Assembly: GCA_963750165.1 (NCBI GenBank)
Contig: CAVVPN010000001.1
Location: 160,001 to 224,000, forward strand
Direction: 5' to 3'
Length of the DNA stretch: 64,000 bases
From: an uncultured Gemmataceae bacterium
Lineage (GTDB): Bacteria; Planctomycetota; Planctomycetia; Gemmatales; Gemmataceae
The stretch's first letter is position 1, and each line of letters opens with the position of its first letter. Made by a program: the position numbers and the translations under genes. Of this stretch, positions 50,511 through 62,403 are shown one piece after another. Under the pieces are notes generated by a model that was given only the letters and a program-made list of their open reading frames with translations, had not been told where the DNA came from and ran no database searches.

Positions 50511-50894
50511 ATGAATGATCCGCAAATCCGCGCAGCCCTGGAACGACACTGGACCGCCTCCGCTGCGGGCAATCAGGACGCGGAACACGAGATCTATAAC
50601 GACGATGCGGTCCTCGAGTATCCACAGTCCGGGGAGCGGATCCGCGGACGGCACAACGTGCAAGCCCAACGCAGCCAGCATCCGGCCAGACCGTCGGGCT
50701 TTGTCGTCCGGCGGATCGTCGGTGGGGGTGACCTCTGGGTCACCGAGTTGGTGATCGCCTATGACGGGCGTCCCTTCAACACGGTGAGCATCATGGAGTT
50801 CCAGGCAGGCAAGGTAGTGCGCGAGACGCAGTACTTCGCAGAGCCGTTCGAGCCCCCGGCGTGGCGGGCGCGGTGGGTGGAACGGATGACGTGA
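50511..50894 (+). CDS. SnoaL/NTF2-like protein
   Basis: DAVLEYPQSGERIRGR, ETQYFAEPF. Confidence 0.88.
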   Translation: MNDPQIRAALERHWTASAAGNQDAEHEIYNDDAVLEYPQSGERIRGRHNVQAQRSQHPARPSGFVVRRIVGGGDLWVTELVIAYDGRPFNTVSIMEFQAGKVVRETQYFAEPFEPPAWRARWVERMT

Positions 50895-51113
50895 GCCCCC
50901 CTTCGAGTACAAGTTGGACCAGTTTCGTAACCGGGTTGAACGTTCCAGCTGCTCGACGGATGTAGTGACCGGACGGCCAGTAAGCTGGGTATCAACACAC
51001 GCGCACTCCAGCATAAGATTCGCGAGTACGGGTTGGATGACCCCCTGCACCAGGCGCCTCGGTCGCGAGAAGTCCAGTGATTTAGCACCTCGCCCGGTGG
51101 GGAGTAGTCAACT

Positions 51114-51710
51114 GTGAAAGACGCAATTTCAAGGAGGTCAAGATCGTCCTTCAAGAAACTCCCTCGGTCGTTTTTCCGGCGACCCGCGACGGGAGTGGCC
51201 CACGCGTTGATCGGAAAGATCCTCGTGCGCCATATTCACGGGAAGGCATTTCAGGCGCGTGTGGTGGAGACTGAAGCGTATCTCGGCCCTCACGATCTGG
51301 CATCGCACGCCTCCAAAGGGCGGACGCGGCGAACCGAAGTCTTGTTTGGCCCCGCAGGACGGGCCTACGTGTACTTGATCTACGGGATGTATGAGATGCT
51401 GAACGTCGTGGCCGGACGTGTGGGAGAAGCCCAAGCGGTCCTCATCCGCGCCGCCAAGCCGCTTAACGGTTGGAAGGCCGATCTCTCGGGGCCCGGTCGG
51501 CTTACTCGGGCATTTCAGATCACCCGCTCGGAGTACGGCCTGGACTTGACTGGAGACGAACTTTATTTCCTGGACGACCCAGCGTATCAGGCGCGGGTGG
51601 TTTCCGCGAAACGGGTCGGAATCGACTACGCCAGAGAATGGAAGGATGCTCCACTTCGCTTTCTCGATGCAGAGCACTTGGCGCGATTGTCTTGCAAAGG
51701 AACGGCATGA
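51114..51710 (+). CDS. mpg: DNA-3-methyladenine glycosylase (MPG/AAG family)
   Basis: VETEAYLG..DLASH, YVYLIYGM, AVLIRA, GPGRL, RVGI. Confidence 0.92.
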   Translation: MKDAISRRSRSSFKKLPRSFFRRPATGVAHALIGKILVRHIHGKAFQARVVETEAYLGPHDLASHASKGRTRRTEVLFGPAGRAYVYLIYGMYEMLNVVAGRVGEAQAVLIRAAKPLNGWKADLSGPGRLTRAFQITRSEYGLDLTGDELYFLDDPAYQARVVSAKRVGIDYAREWKDAPLRFLDAEHLARLSCKGTA

Positions 51711-52123
51711 CAGAGAGACCTAATGATGTGCTGGCGCAGATCGGCCCGGACACCTCTTTGCACGGTCCTTCGTGCCGCAAGCATGATTATGTGGTAATCG
51801 GCAAGCAAAACGGACCCGCATCGGCGAGCAAAATGGACCCACCTGGGTTCAGGGGTTCACTGCCGAGAGCAGGGGTTGTGAACCAGCCCCCGGGCATTGC
51901 TCTTGTTCTGTCTGAGCGCGGTTGCTACCTTTCGGCCGCCGGGTGAAACGGAGTCGGGCTCTGCGGGGACGCAACCCGACAAGGGATAGCCCGGCCGATG
52001 GTGTGCCGATGGCACTGGGCCCCTCGCTCCACGTTGGTGGGCGAGCGGGCCGCCACCGTCATCGGACACCGGAGTTATGCCTCCCAAAATCCACCTCCCC
52101 ATCTCCGGCGGCTGCATGGTTGC

Positions 52124-52897
52124 TCACTCGCCCTTCCTGCTCTTCTTGCTTTTCATCGACTCCCGGAAGCGGAAGCTTTCGCCATTCATCTCGAAGATGT
52201 GGCAGCGGTGCGTCAGCCGGTCCAGCAGCGCCGCCGTCATGCGCTCCCCCTGGAATACCTGGCCCCAGTCGCTGAACGCCAGGTTGCTCGTCACCAACAG
52301 GCTCTTGCGCTCGTAGCGGTCGGCGAACACCTGGAACAGCAGCTCGGCGCCCACGCGACTGAACGACAGGTAACCCAGCTCATCGCAGATCAGCAGGTCG
52401 GTGCGGTCCAGCTGGGCCAGCACGCGGTCGAGCTGGTACTGCTTCTGCGCCTCCTCCAGGCGCGTCACCAGCGCCGCCGCCGTGCAGAAGCGCACGCGCT
52501 TGCACTGCCGACACGCGGCCAGGCCCAGGGCGATGGCGCAGTGCGTCTTGCCGGTGCCGGGGCTGCCGATGAGGCAGACGTTGGCCCGCTGCTCGATCCA
52601 CTCGCCGCGCGCCAGCTCCAGCACCTTGGGCTTGCTCAGGGCCGGCACGGCGGTGAAGTCGAAGGTGTCGAAGTCCTTGTGGACCGGGAAGTCGGCCTGG
52701 CGGATGCGTGCCTGCACGGCGTTGCTGGCGCGGGCCGCGACCTCCAGTTCCGTCAGGCGCAGCAGGTATTGCTCGTAGCCCTCATTGGCCTGGGCCGCCT
52801 CGCGGGCCAGCTTCTCGAACTCGGCGTGCATCGTGGGCAGCCGCAGTTGCTTGAGGTTGCTCTTGAGCAGCAGTTGGGTGTTGGCGTTCGCGGTCAT
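52124..52897 (-). CDS. istB: IS21 helper ATPase
   Basis: GSPGTGKTH, LICDELGY, LVTSN, LLDRLTH, GESFR. Confidence 0.95.
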   Translation of the reverse strand: MTANANTQLLLKSNLKQLRLPTMHAEFEKLAREAAQANEGYEQYLLRLTELEVAARASNAVQARIRQADFPVHKDFDTFDFTAVPALSKPKVLELARGEWIEQRANVCLIGSPGTGKTHCAIALGLAACRQCKRVRFCTAAALVTRLEEAQKQYQLDRVLAQLDRTDLLICDELGYLSFSRVGAELLFQVFADRYERKSLLVTSNLAFSDWGQVFQGERMTAALLDRLTHRCHIFEMNGESFRFRESMKSKKSRKGE

Positions 52898-54414
52898 TGT
52901 CCTCTTCTCCTCGGGTAAGTAGTTGGTCGAACCGGCCCAGGTCGGGCCGGGGGACCTGGTACTGACGTAGGGGTGTCACTGACGAGTGACAGTGGGCTGT
53001 CACTGTTTCCGCGGCCGGGCGTGCCTCGGCCAGCCGCGCCACCGCGGCGATGATGCGTTCGGCCTGCACGGGCTCTTGCAGCAGGCCCTGCTCCACGGCC
53101 TGTTGCACGCGCCCCAGCGGGTGGTCGGCCAGCAGTTGCAGCACGCGGATGTAGTGGCGCGCCCCGGCCCGCGCGCCGTGCCGCTTCTCCAGGGCCTCGC
53201 GCAGCGCGCGAACGACGCGGGCAAGACCCAGTCCTTCAGGACCGGGGCGTGATCCAGCGCCGCCGGCCGCCGCCCCAGCGCGGCCAGGTAGTGCAACGGG
53301 TCCAGCAGTTGCTCGTCCCGACCGTAACTGCGCGGGTGCCGCGCCACGACCCGGCCGCCGGCTACCACCTCGACGCGCTCGACGTAGCCCTTGACGGTCA
53401 CCGCCTGGTAGGCGCAGGTGCGCGGCACGCTGTAGCGGTTGTGGTCGAAGCGCACCGTCTGGTACTTGTCCACCTGGGCCGGCTGCGTGATGCAGGCGTC
53501 GAAGGGCCGGGGCGGCAGCGGCAGCGCCTCGGCCCGGTCGCGCCCGAAGCGCTGGCCGATGGAGTCGGCGCGGCCGGCCACGGTGCGGCTGGCCTCGCGC
53601 AGGCAGCGCTCGCGCAGGGTGAGGTTGAGCGCCGCCAGGTCGGCGACCTGCGGCACCGGCGTGGCCCACTGCCGTTGCAGCACGCGCACCCGGGTCTCGG
53701 CGTAGGGCTTCTCGTTGCCGCGCGCCGGCATGCAGAACAGCGGGTCGAAGGTGTAGTGGCTGGCCAGGGCGGCGTAGCGCTCGTTGGGCCGGCGCTCGCG
53801 GCCCCGGAAGATCTGGCGGACCACGGTGGTCGGGTTGTCCCACCAGACTTCGTGGGGCACACAGCCGAAGAAGGCGAAGGCTTCGACCAGGCCGGCCAGG
53901 ATGGCCTCGGTGCGCTCGGTGGGCATGGCCATCACGAACGGGTAGTTGGAGTAGGCCCAAGCGGTGACGAGCACGGGCACGAGGCGGCGACCGTCGGGAA
54001 AATCGACGTGGATGTGCCCGAAGTCACACTCCAGGCGCTGCCCGGGATCGTGTGCCAGTGGGATGAAGGTCTCGCGGCGGTCGCGGCGCTGTTGGCCGAC
54101 GTAGCGGCGGACCTGGTCGTATCCGCCCTGGTAGCCGTGCTCGGCGCCCAAACGGCGGAAGATCTGCATGGCGGTGTGGCGCTGCTTGGGAGGCGCTTCC
54201 TCATCGGCGGCGAGGATGGCGTCGATGGCAGCGCGAAAGGGGCCGAGGACGGGGGCCGCAGGGGGCCGGGTGCGCGTGTAGGGCCTGGGCTGGGCCTCGC
54301 GGAGGATCTGCCGCACCTTGCGCGCGAGTGGTGGAAGGTGCGGGCGATGTCTCGGATACTCATGCCGTCGCGGAAGGCGCGGCGAATCTGGCCGTAGTCG
54401 TCCACCGTCAGCAT
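52894..54414 (-). CDS. istA: IS21 transposase (frameshifts ~54320 and ~53205)
   Basis: ECDFG, WWDN, GNEKPYAE, FDHNRYSVP, HYL..L.RRP.AL. Confidence 0.88.
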
Positions 54415-54672
54415 CCTTGCCTCCGTTCTCCAAAAGCTCGGCTCTTCCGTTTTTAGGTGCGAAACACTGGATTTTCTGTGAACGGACGATCACGTGCCCC
54501 ACGATTTTTCCAGGGAAAATTGAGAATCGGGCCGATAACCCGCACCTAAAAACGGAAGAGCCAAAAGCTCCAGGTTGTGGAGCCTCCAGTAGAACGGCAG
54601 CGGCTGGGGTGGGTCCATTTTACTCGCCGATCTCGGGCTTACAGGTGGGTCCATTTTGCGCGCCGATAACCA

Positions 54673-55478
54673 CTCGACGACAGCCAGGTACAGCCAACCC
54701 TCCCGGGTCGGGATGTAGGTGATGTCCGCCACCCACGCCTCGTTGGCCGCGGCGGGGTTGAACTGCCGATCCAGGAGGTTCGCGGCCACGGGCAGGTCGT
54801 GGTTGGAGTCGGTCGTGCAGCGGAACTTGCGGGCCGTCTTGGCCCGGAGGTCGTGGTCGTGCATGAGCCGGGCCACGGTGTTGACGCAGCAGTCCTGGCC
54901 CCGGGCGACCAGCTCGGCGTGGATGCGCGGGCTGCCGTAGCGGGCCTTGACCTCGGCGTGGATGGCGCGGATTTCCACGAGGAGGGTGTCGCGGCGCCGG
55001 GCGCGGTCGCTGGCGGGGCGGTCGCGCCAGGCGTAGTAGCCGGCGGTCGAGACCTCCAGGGTTTCGCAGAGCAGGCGCACGGGCCACTGGCCGCGGTGTT
55101 CCTCGATGAAGCGGAAGGTCATGTCGCCTCCCTGGCGAAGAACGCCGTCGCTTTTTTTAGGATGTCGCGCTCCGCCAGGAGCCGCTGGTTCTCGGCCCGG
55201 AGGCGGCGGTTCTCTTCCTCGAAGGGGGAGAGCTTGCCCTGGCCGGGGAAGGCCTGGCCGCCCTTGGCCTCCAGCGCCTGCTTCCAGGAGCGGAGCAGGG
55301 TCTCGTGGATGCCGAGGGAGCGTGCGGCCTCGGCGACGGAGTAGCCCTGCTCAGTGACGAGCTTGACGGCCTCGAGCTTGAACTCCGGGGTGTAGGTACG
55401 TCGGGTTCTGGCCATGATGGACCTCCTCAGGAGAGTTTACACTCTTAACTGGGTGTCCACCATTCGTGGGGAGGTTCA
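54673..55478 (-). mobile_element. IS3-family element, copy 2, truncated at the IS21 end
   Basis: Matches copy 1 from the left IR to ...YLAVVE; the remainder is absent. Confidence 0.93.
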
Positions 55479-55510
55479 ACGATCCGATGCAAGGTAATAG
55501 GAGGATCTCG

Positions 55511-55927
55511 ATGAGCATCGAAAAGAATGTCGAGATTGTGAAGAGTTTTCTCGCGGCAATCGGCCGCCGCGATAAGCAAGGGTTGCTGGCGTTGTCTGCC
55601 GAAGATATTGAGTGGATCATTCCGGGCGAGGACTGGCCGCTGGCCGGCACGCACCGCGGGCACGCGGGATTGGCGGCTGTGCTTCAGAAGGCTAACGAGA
55701 CGGTGGAAACGTCGTTCCCGGAGCCCCCCGAGTTCATCGCGCAGGGAGACCGGGTTCTGGTCGTCGGCTTCGCTACGGGGAGAGTCAAAGCCACGAATAA
55801 GCCGTTCAAGGACGATTGGGTCTTCGACGTTACCGTTCGAGATGGGAAAGTGACGAAGATCCGGGAGTATATCGACACGCAGGCACTGGCGCGGGCCTCC
55901 AAGATGGACGCGAGCCACCAGCCCTGA
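55511..55927 (+). CDS. SnoaL/NTF2-like protein
   Basis: EDIEWIIPG..PLAGTHRG, IAQGDRV, IREYIDT. Confidence 0.88.
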   Translation: MSIEKNVEIVKSFLAAIGRRDKQGLLALSAEDIEWIIPGEDWPLAGTHRGHAGLAAVLQKANETVETSFPEPPEFIAQGDRVLVVGFATGRVKATNKPFKDDWVFDVTVRDGKVTKIREYIDTQALARASKMDASHQP

Positions 55928-56233
55928 CCCATCGAGACCAAGCCCTCGACTCGAGCCCGAAATAGTTCGCTTCGCCTTGCACCCGGGTAGGCGGCCGCCG
56001 ACCTAGAACAGGCAGGCTGATCGGCCTGCATCTCGGGGCCAGCCACCAGAAGGAGCTGGACAACCCTTTTCACTCGGCTGAATGGAAGAGTGTGCGCGGG
56101 CCTGCGCTGGCAGCACACATGTCAAACAACAGAGTTGATCCATAAGAACGACTGATCGCCTTAGCGATAAAAGCGGAAAGCCGGCCGCAGAATGCGTCCG
56201 TTGAGCTAAACAATCCCCTCTGGAGATTAGACA

Positions 56234-58252
56234 ATGTCAACGACCAGCATCGCAAAGGCGCTGACCGTGCTTCAAGGCATCGGAAACAGGGACCAGGACC
56301 TTGCAGTCAAGTACATGCACCCAACGAAATTCACTCAACACAACCCGCTCGTGTCCGACGGCATTGCCGGAGTGAAGGAGTGGATTCGTCGGCTTCCGCG
56401 TGAGAAGAGCCCTCTCAAGACGGTTCGAGCCTTTCAGGATGGGTCCTACGTCATCGCCAATACGGAGGGAGACATCCTCGGTCAGAATGTCTTCTTCGAC
56501 ATCTTCAGGCTGGAGGACGACTTGATCGTCGAGCAGTGGACCTTTTCGACAAAAGCCGCCCCTCCCAATAAAAGCGGGCACACTCAGACCGATGGGCCAA
56601 CGGAAGCAAACCACGAACAGGATACAGAAAAGAGCAAGTCGATCATTCGGGATTACTACGAGACGGTTCACGTCTCTGGAGACCATAGCAAAATCCCGCA
56701 ATTCAGTGCCGAGCACTGCATCCGCCACGAGCCCGGCGTCAGCGACGGACTCGCGGTGTTTTTACGTGACCTCAAGGCTGCCACTGAACACGGAAAGGCC
56801 TCCAGAAGCATCGATGAGATCAAGCTCCTGTTGGGACAGGGAGACTTCGTTTTTGTAGCCGCCAAGGGAACGGTTAAGGGTGCGCCTTGCGCCTATATCG
56901 ACCTATACCGAGTTGAAGGCGACAAGATCGCTGAGCACTGGGGATTTCTGAACCTCCCCACGAATGGTGGACACCCAGTTAAGAGTGTAAACTCTCCTGA
57001 GGAGGTCCATCATGGCCAGAACCCGACGTACCTACACCCCGGAGTTCAAGCTCGAGGCCGTCAAGCTCGTCACTGAGCAGGGCTACTCCGTCGCCGAGGC
57101 CGCACGCTCCCTCGGCATCCACGAGACCCTGCTCCGCTCCTGGAAGCAGGCGCTGGAGGCCAAGGGCGGCCAGGCCTTCCCCGGCCAGGGCAAGCTCTCC
57201 CCCTTCGAGGAAGAGAACCGCCGCCTCCGGGCCGAGAACCAGCGGCTCCTGGCGGAGCGCGACATCCTAAAAAAAGCGACGGCGTTCTTCGCCAGGGAGG
57301 CGACATGACCTTCCGCTTCATCGAGGAACACCGCGGCCAGTGGCCCGTGCGCCTGCTCTGCGAAACCCTGGAGGTCTCGACCGCCGGCTACTACGCCTGG
57401 CGCGACCGCCCCGCCAGCGACCGCGCCCGGCGCCGCGACACCCTCCTCGTGGAAATCCGCGCCATCCACGCCGAGGTCAAGGCCCGCTACGGCAGCCCGC
57501 GCATCCACGCCGAGCTGGTCGCCCGGGGCCAGGACTGCTGCGTCAACACCGTGGCCCGGCTCATGCACGACCACGACCTCCGGGCCAAGACGGCCCGCAA
57601 GTTCCGCTGCACGACCGACTCCAACCACGACCTGCCCGTGGCCGCGAACCTCCTGGATCGGCAGTTCAACCCCGCCGCGGCCAACGAGGCGTGGGTGGCG
57701 GACATCACCTACATCCCGACCCGGGAGGGTTGGCTGTACCTGGCTGTCGTCGAGGACCTGTACTCGCGGCGGGTGGTGGGCTGGTCGATGGCCGACCACC
57801 TGGAGAGCCGGCTGGTCGTCGATGCCCTGGAGCTGGCGGTGCAGCGCCGGCTGCCGGGGGAGGGGTTGCTGGCCCACTCCGACCGGGGCAGCCAGTACGC
57901 CAGCGACCACTACCAACGCCTCCTGGGCAAGCACGGCATCACCTGCAGCATGAGCCGCCGGGCCGACTGCTGGGACAATGCCCCAATGGAGAGCTTCTTC
58001 GCCTCCTTGAAGAAGGAACTGGTGCACGACGCCGACTTCGCCACCCGGGCGGAGGCGCGGGCGGCGCTCGTCGAGTACATCGAGGTCTTCTACAACACGC
58101 GGCGCCGGCACTCGTCGCTGGGGTACGTGTCCCCGGCCGAGTATGAACAGTCCGAATAACCGTTAACCCCGTGTCCACTTTTCGTGGGGAACTCCATTCA
58201 CGAAGAGATTCCCCCGCCCGAGCAACGGAGAAACACAAACGGAGTGCTTTAA
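56234..58252 (+). pseudogene. Double SnoaL-domain protein interrupted near its 3' end by IS3 copy 3
   Basis: TQHNP, DIFRL, IRHEP, DLYRV..KIAEHWG; removing the IS and one TTC restores HWGFHEEIPPPEQRRNTNGVL*. Confidence 0.85.
56949..58196 (+). mobile_element. IS3-family element, copy 3 (1248 bp), orfA 57012-57308 and orfB 57305-58159
   Basis: Same IRs as copy 1; 3-bp target duplication TTC. Confidence 0.96.
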
Positions 58253-58346
58253 CTTGGATCTGGCGCGTCGCCTTTAAGAGCAATGTTTGGCAGTTAAATA
58301 GCAGGAGGACTGACATTGTTGGGGATTTCAAAAGGAGAGTATTCAT

Positions 58347-59087
58347 ATGGCGAAGCTGGGCGGTAAGGTGGCGCTGGTAACGGGCGCGGCACGGGGCATC
58401 GGGGCGGCCATCGCTCGGCGACTGGCCGCCGACGGAGCCAAGGTCGTCGTCAACTACTCGAAGAGTGAAGGCCCGGCCAAGGAGGTGGTCACGGCCATTA
58501 CGAAGGCCGGCGGTGAGGCGATCGCGATCAAGGCGGATGTGAGCAGGCCGGGCGAGATCCCCGGCCTGTTCGCCGAGGTCAAGAAGGCGTTCGGCCGGCT
58601 CGATATCCTGGTCAACAATGCCGGCATCATGGAGCGGGGGCCGATCACGGAGGTGACGGCCGAGCACGTCGATAAGCACTTCGGGCTGAACGTCCGAGGC
58701 CTGGTGCTGTGTACGGTCGAGGCGATCAAGCTGCTGCGCAAGGGCGGCCGGATCATCAACGTGTCGAGCAACATCACCCGGATGGCCGTCCCTGGGTCGA
58801 GCGTGTACACGGCCACCAAGGGGGCGATCGACATGCTGACCCAGGTGTGGGCCACCGAACTCGGCCCGCGAGAGATCACGGTGAACGCCATCAGCCCGGG
58901 GGCGACCGACACCGACATGAACGCCGGCATGAGCCCGGCCGAGAAGGAGCAGACGGTGCGGATGACCCCGCTCGGCCGGCTGGGCACCGCCGAGGAGGTC
59001 GCCGACGCGGCCGCGTTCCTGGCGAGCGACGACGCCCGGTGGGTGACCGGCGAGCGGCTCGCAGCCTCCGGCGGGCTGCGGGGCTGA
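58347..59087 (+). CDS. Short-chain dehydrogenase/reductase (FabG-like)
   Basis: [17 protein letters not shown]. Confidence 0.93.
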   Translation: MAKLGGKVALVTGAARGIGAAIARRLAADGAKVVVNYSKSEGPAKEVVTAITKAGGEAIAIKADVSRPGEIPGLFAEVKKAFGRLDILVNNAGIMERGPITEVTAEHVDKHFGLNVRGLVLCTVEAIKLLRKGGRIINVSSNITRMAVPGSSVYTATKGAIDMLTQVWATELGPREITVNAISPGATDTDMNAGMSPAEKEQTVRMTPLGRLGTAEEVADAAAFLASDDARWVTGERLAASGGLRG

Positions 59088-59121
59088 GGTCGTCCCCGTG
59101 AGCTCTCGACGGGAGAACTTG

Positions 59122-59496
59122 ATGGCCCACGAACCCACGGCCGAAGCCCGGCGACTGGCCGAGGACGCCCGCCGCGACCAGAACTGGAAGCGGTGGGGGC
59201 CGTACCTGAGCGAGCGGCAGTGGGCCACCGTCCGCGAGGACTACTCCCCGGACGGAAGCCTGTGGGACAGCTTCCCGTACGAGCACTCGCTCGGCCGGGC
59301 GTACCGCTGGGGCGAGGACGGGCTGCTCGGGGTCACCGACCGGGAGTGCCGGCTGTGCTTCGCCGTGGCCCTGTGGAACGGGACCGACCCGCACCTGAAG
59401 GAGCGGCTGTTCGGGCTGACCAGCCCGGAGGGCAACCACTCCGAGGACGTGAAAGAGGTGTACTTCTACGAGGACGCGGTCCCGACCCACAGCTAG
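59122..59496 (+). pseudogene. N-terminal fragment of a GH63/MGH1-like glucosidase
   Basis: [42 protein letters not shown] then stop; family members are much longer. Confidence 0.82.
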
Positions 59497-59592
59497 CTTT
59501 CGTCAGAAAGTGCAGAATAGGGTGTCAACCGCAATCCATCGGTTCCGGATGCATCATGCTTGGACCGCGGCGGTGGTCAAGGGCCATTAGCG

Positions 59593-60186
59593 ATGAGAAA
59601 GTCGAGAGTCGAAGCGGCGAAGACGCGGGAGCGGATCGTGGCCGCAGCGGCGGCGGAGTTTCGCCGTCACGGGATCGCGGCGACCGGCCTCATCGACCTG
59701 ATGAAGGCTGCCGGCCTGACCCACGGCGGGTTCTACAAGCACTTCGCCTCTAAGGGCCAGCTCGTCGCCGAGGCGTGTGCGGCCGCCCTTACGCCGTCCG
59801 AGCTGGCCGCCCTTTTGCCGCCAAAGGCGGCCGCGACGAAGAAGGGTCGGGAGGGCCTCAAGGCCAGGGCCGCTGCATACCTGTCGGCCGGCCACCGAGA
59901 CAACCCACAAGCCGGATGCCCGTTCGCCGCGCTCGGGAGCGAGCTGGCCCGCGCCGACGACGAGACCCGGGCGACGCTGACGGCCGGGCTTCTGCGGGGG
60001 ATCGACGTGTTCGCCGGGCACTTCGACAACGTCCGGCCCGACGAGGCGAGGCGGCGGGCGATCGTTATGGCGTCGCTCATGACCGGGGCTCTGACACTGG
60101 CTCGAGTGGTGGACGATCCGGAGCTCTCGAACACGATCCTGCGCACCGCCGTGGAAGCCGTCACCCGCTTATACGCCGAGGAGTGA
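59593..60186 (+). CDS. TetR/AcrR-family regulator
   Basis: LMKAAGLTHGGFYKHFASK, GCPFAALGSE. Confidence 0.92.
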   Translation: MRKSRVEAAKTRERIVAAAAAEFRRHGIAATGLIDLMKAAGLTHGGFYKHFASKGQLVAEACAAALTPSELAALLPPKAAATKKGREGLKARAAAYLSAGHRDNPQAGCPFAALGSELARADDETRATLTAGLLRGIDVFAGHFDNVRPDEARRRAIVMASLMTGALTLARVVDDPELSNTILRTAVEAVTRLYAEE

Positions 60187-60655
60187 CCCGCCGCCGAATC
60201 CCCCCAGCCGCGGGCAGTCCGATGAGGTGGTCCTTGACCGTTTCCTCGAAGGCCGTCTCGCTCAGGGAGCGTGTGCCGGCTCGCTCCTCCAGCAGCACCA
60301 GCCGCTTTTCCCCTGCCTCCGGGTGAAGCCGTAGTCGCCCGCCCCGCGGAGTTACGCAAGAGAATCGGCTAGGCGCGGTGGGGCACAGCGCCTCCCTCTG
60401 GCGGGCGGCCCGCGACCGAAAAACCACACTGCGGCTGTCCGGGCCTTGCGCGCTCCGGTCCGCAACACCGAAGTAAGTTTCCGTCGTAGCGCTGGGTGCT
60501 GAGGTCACATCGACACGCGCAGGCAAGCCGATCCCGATTGCGTGCGTCGGGCCGCAACACCGGAGCATCGAGCACGCGATTGGGCGCGTGGCTACAGCAG
60601 GTTTTTTAGGTGGTGGACCACATAAGAAGTCGAATGAAGAAGTGCTGTCACGGGG

Positions 60656-60964
60656 TCAGCGCGTACACCGCCGTGGGTTTCGCCACCGCTGGGATGAAGG
60701 CGTCCCGGTGCCGACCGCGATCCTTGACAGCGCCCAGTGGACGGCCTCTCGGACGGCCGAATTACCGTCCCCTCCAAGTGCGTTCAGGGCAGGGACGGCG
60801 GCCGCGGCGGCCGGTCCCATCGATCCCAGGCCCCTGGCCGCCTTTTTGCGGATGCGGGGGTTGCTGTTCTCCAGGCCGGCGAGATAGGCGCGCAGCAGCT
60901 TCTCTTGGAGGGCCTCGATGCTCGGGGAAAGCTCGGGGGGCGGTCGGACATGGTTGGGCTTCAT
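60656..60964 (-). CDS. Small HEAT-repeat protein
   Basis: IRKKAARGLGSMGPAAAAAVPAL...VREAVHWALSRI. Confidence 0.7.
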   Translation of the reverse strand: MKPNHVRPPPELSPSIEALQEKLLRAYLAGLENSNPRIRKKAARGLGSMGPAAAAAVPALNALGGDGNSAVREAVHWALSRIAVGTGTPSSQRWRNPRRCTR

Positions 60965-61189
60965 GGCAGCACCGTAGCACGGTGCGCCAGGCTTGTGAAA
61001 GGCTCCGCCGACGACCAAGGGGACCCGGATGCTATCGCTGTTTCCCTGTGGGTTTCACCCGGAGTGGGCTGTAAACATGGGTTGCGACAAGGAGGCCCGG
61101 CGGGCACCGGAGCCGATACCTTCGCGGTCGCCTTGCTATTGCCCGAGACTTGCGTTAAGCAGAACGGGCGTCATAACAAGGAGGTGTTC

Positions 61190-61465
61190 TTGAGCAAGAA
61201 CAAACCGGTCCATGAAATCCGCCTGGGTCGGGTCCGGGCTGCCATCTGGCAGAATGAGACCGAGGCCGGCGTCCGCCATAACGTCACCTTCACGAGGCTG
61301 TACAAAGACGGCGACCAGTGGAAGGACTCAGCCAGCTTCGGCCGCGACGACCTGCCGCTCCTGGAAAAGCTTGCGGACGCGGCCCACACCTGGCTGTACC
61401 GTGGCGGGGCCGATCCCCAGCCCCAGGAAGAATGCACCGAGCAAACCGGCCCCTTGGCCGGGTAA
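61190..61465 (+). CDS. Small conserved protein typical of mobile elements (possibly ssDNA-binding)
   Basis: AGGAGGT before TTG; KPVHEIRLGRVRAAIWQN...TRLYKDGDQWKDSASFGRDDL. Confidence 0.7.
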   Translation: MSKNKPVHEIRLGRVRAAIWQNETEAGVRHNVTFTRLYKDGDQWKDSASFGRDDLPLLEKLADAAHTWLYRGGADPQPQEECTEQTGPLAG

Positions 61466-61475
61466 GAGGCCCGGC

Positions 61476-61661
61476 CTACTGGTCGCCGTTGCTCCCGTCC
61501 CCGTTCCTCTTCTGGCTGATGAGCTTTGCCCCGCGTTCGGAGTAGAGCCGCTTCCGGAACTCCTCGCGCAGCTCGTCCAGGTCGTTCGTCGCCTTTTCCT
61601 CGTCCTCCCAGTTCGCCGGCGGGGCAGACTGGGCCAGGATGAGTTCGGTGTTCTTGTCCAT
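61476..61661 (-). CDS. Small hypothetical protein
   Basis: GAGGAAGG ribosome-binding site; coding-like composition. Confidence 0.45.
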   Translation of the reverse strand: MDKNTELILAQSAPPANWEDEEKATNDLDELREEFRKRLYSERGAKLISQKRNGDGSNGDQ

Positions 61662-61755
61662 CGCGATCCTTCCTCTTACTTCACGCCTCACTTGCATGGT
61701 AAGCCGCGGCGCTATCTAACTTCATGGTAGGATACAAGTTTTTTGAGGGTGCAGA

Positions 61756-62403
61756 TCACGTCTGCCCCTTGAGCCGGCGGATTGCCGCCCCCACAATCGC
61801 GTCGCGGCGCTTCCGGCTCCTCCAGTCGTTGGAACGCTCGAAGGAGCGGTCGGAGGGCCGGGCTTCGTACACCACACGACAGCCGTTCACTATCCCGGCC
61901 AGATGGCCGTCTTCGGTCAGAAACTCGGGCGGGAACGGCGCGATGATCGGCATGGGCAGCACGATGTCGTGCTGCGGCCGGTCGGCCTGGTCCAGTGTCA
62001 GGTCGATCAGCACCTGGTCGGCCAGGTTCACCACCAGGTGCCCCGGCCACTTCCCGGGTTCCGGGTCACCGAAACCCACGGCGAGGGAGTAGCAGCCGTT
62101 GGGGAACCAGTCCCGTTCGGCCTCCTCGAGCGTGGGCATCCCTTCGCGCTCGATCCGCTCGGTCATGGCCGGGTTGAACACGGTGGCGATGACACTCAAG
62201 GGCCGGGCGGTCAGGCGGAAGTAGTCCAGCACGTCGATCAGGATGGCGGTGGCCGCGATGCAGCAATCGGGCCGGTAGAGTGTGCCGATGCGCATCTCGT
62301 CGCGAACGACTTCGCAGAGGTGAGCCAGGAACGGTCGGGCAGGGCCGGTGACCTTTCCCAGGTGGGTCAACGGGACGTGTTCATGAGTCTTCTCCGGCTC
62401 CAC
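61756..62403 (-). CDS. Hypothetical protein
   Basis: 215-aa ORF with DCCIAAT, GHLVV and LIDLT, a possible Cys-His-Asp triad. Confidence 0.65.
   Translation of the reverse strand: MEPEKTHEHVPLTHLGKVTGPARPFLAHLCEVVRDEMRIGTLYRPDCCIAATAILIDVLDYFRLTARPLSVIATVFNPAMTERIEREGMPTLEEAERDWFPNGCYSLAVGFGDPEPGKWPGHLVVNLADQVLIDLTLDQADRPQHDIVLPMPIIAPFPPEFLTEDGHLAGIVNGCRVVYEARPSDRSFERSNDWRSRKRRDAIVGAAIRRLKGQT

Larger units (their letters stand above)
51792..54672 (-). mobile_element. IS21-family element
   Basis: TG...CA ends TGGTAATCGGCAAGCAAAACGGACCC / TGGTTATCGGCGCGCAAAATGGACCC with internal repeated copies; istA and istB; no target duplication. Confidence 0.92.

Noticed and set aside
60187..60620. Possible ncRNA or oriT; CCGCAACACCG occurs twice
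   Set aside because: No recognisable structure; an 11-bp repeat alone is insufficient. Part may be a gene remnant.
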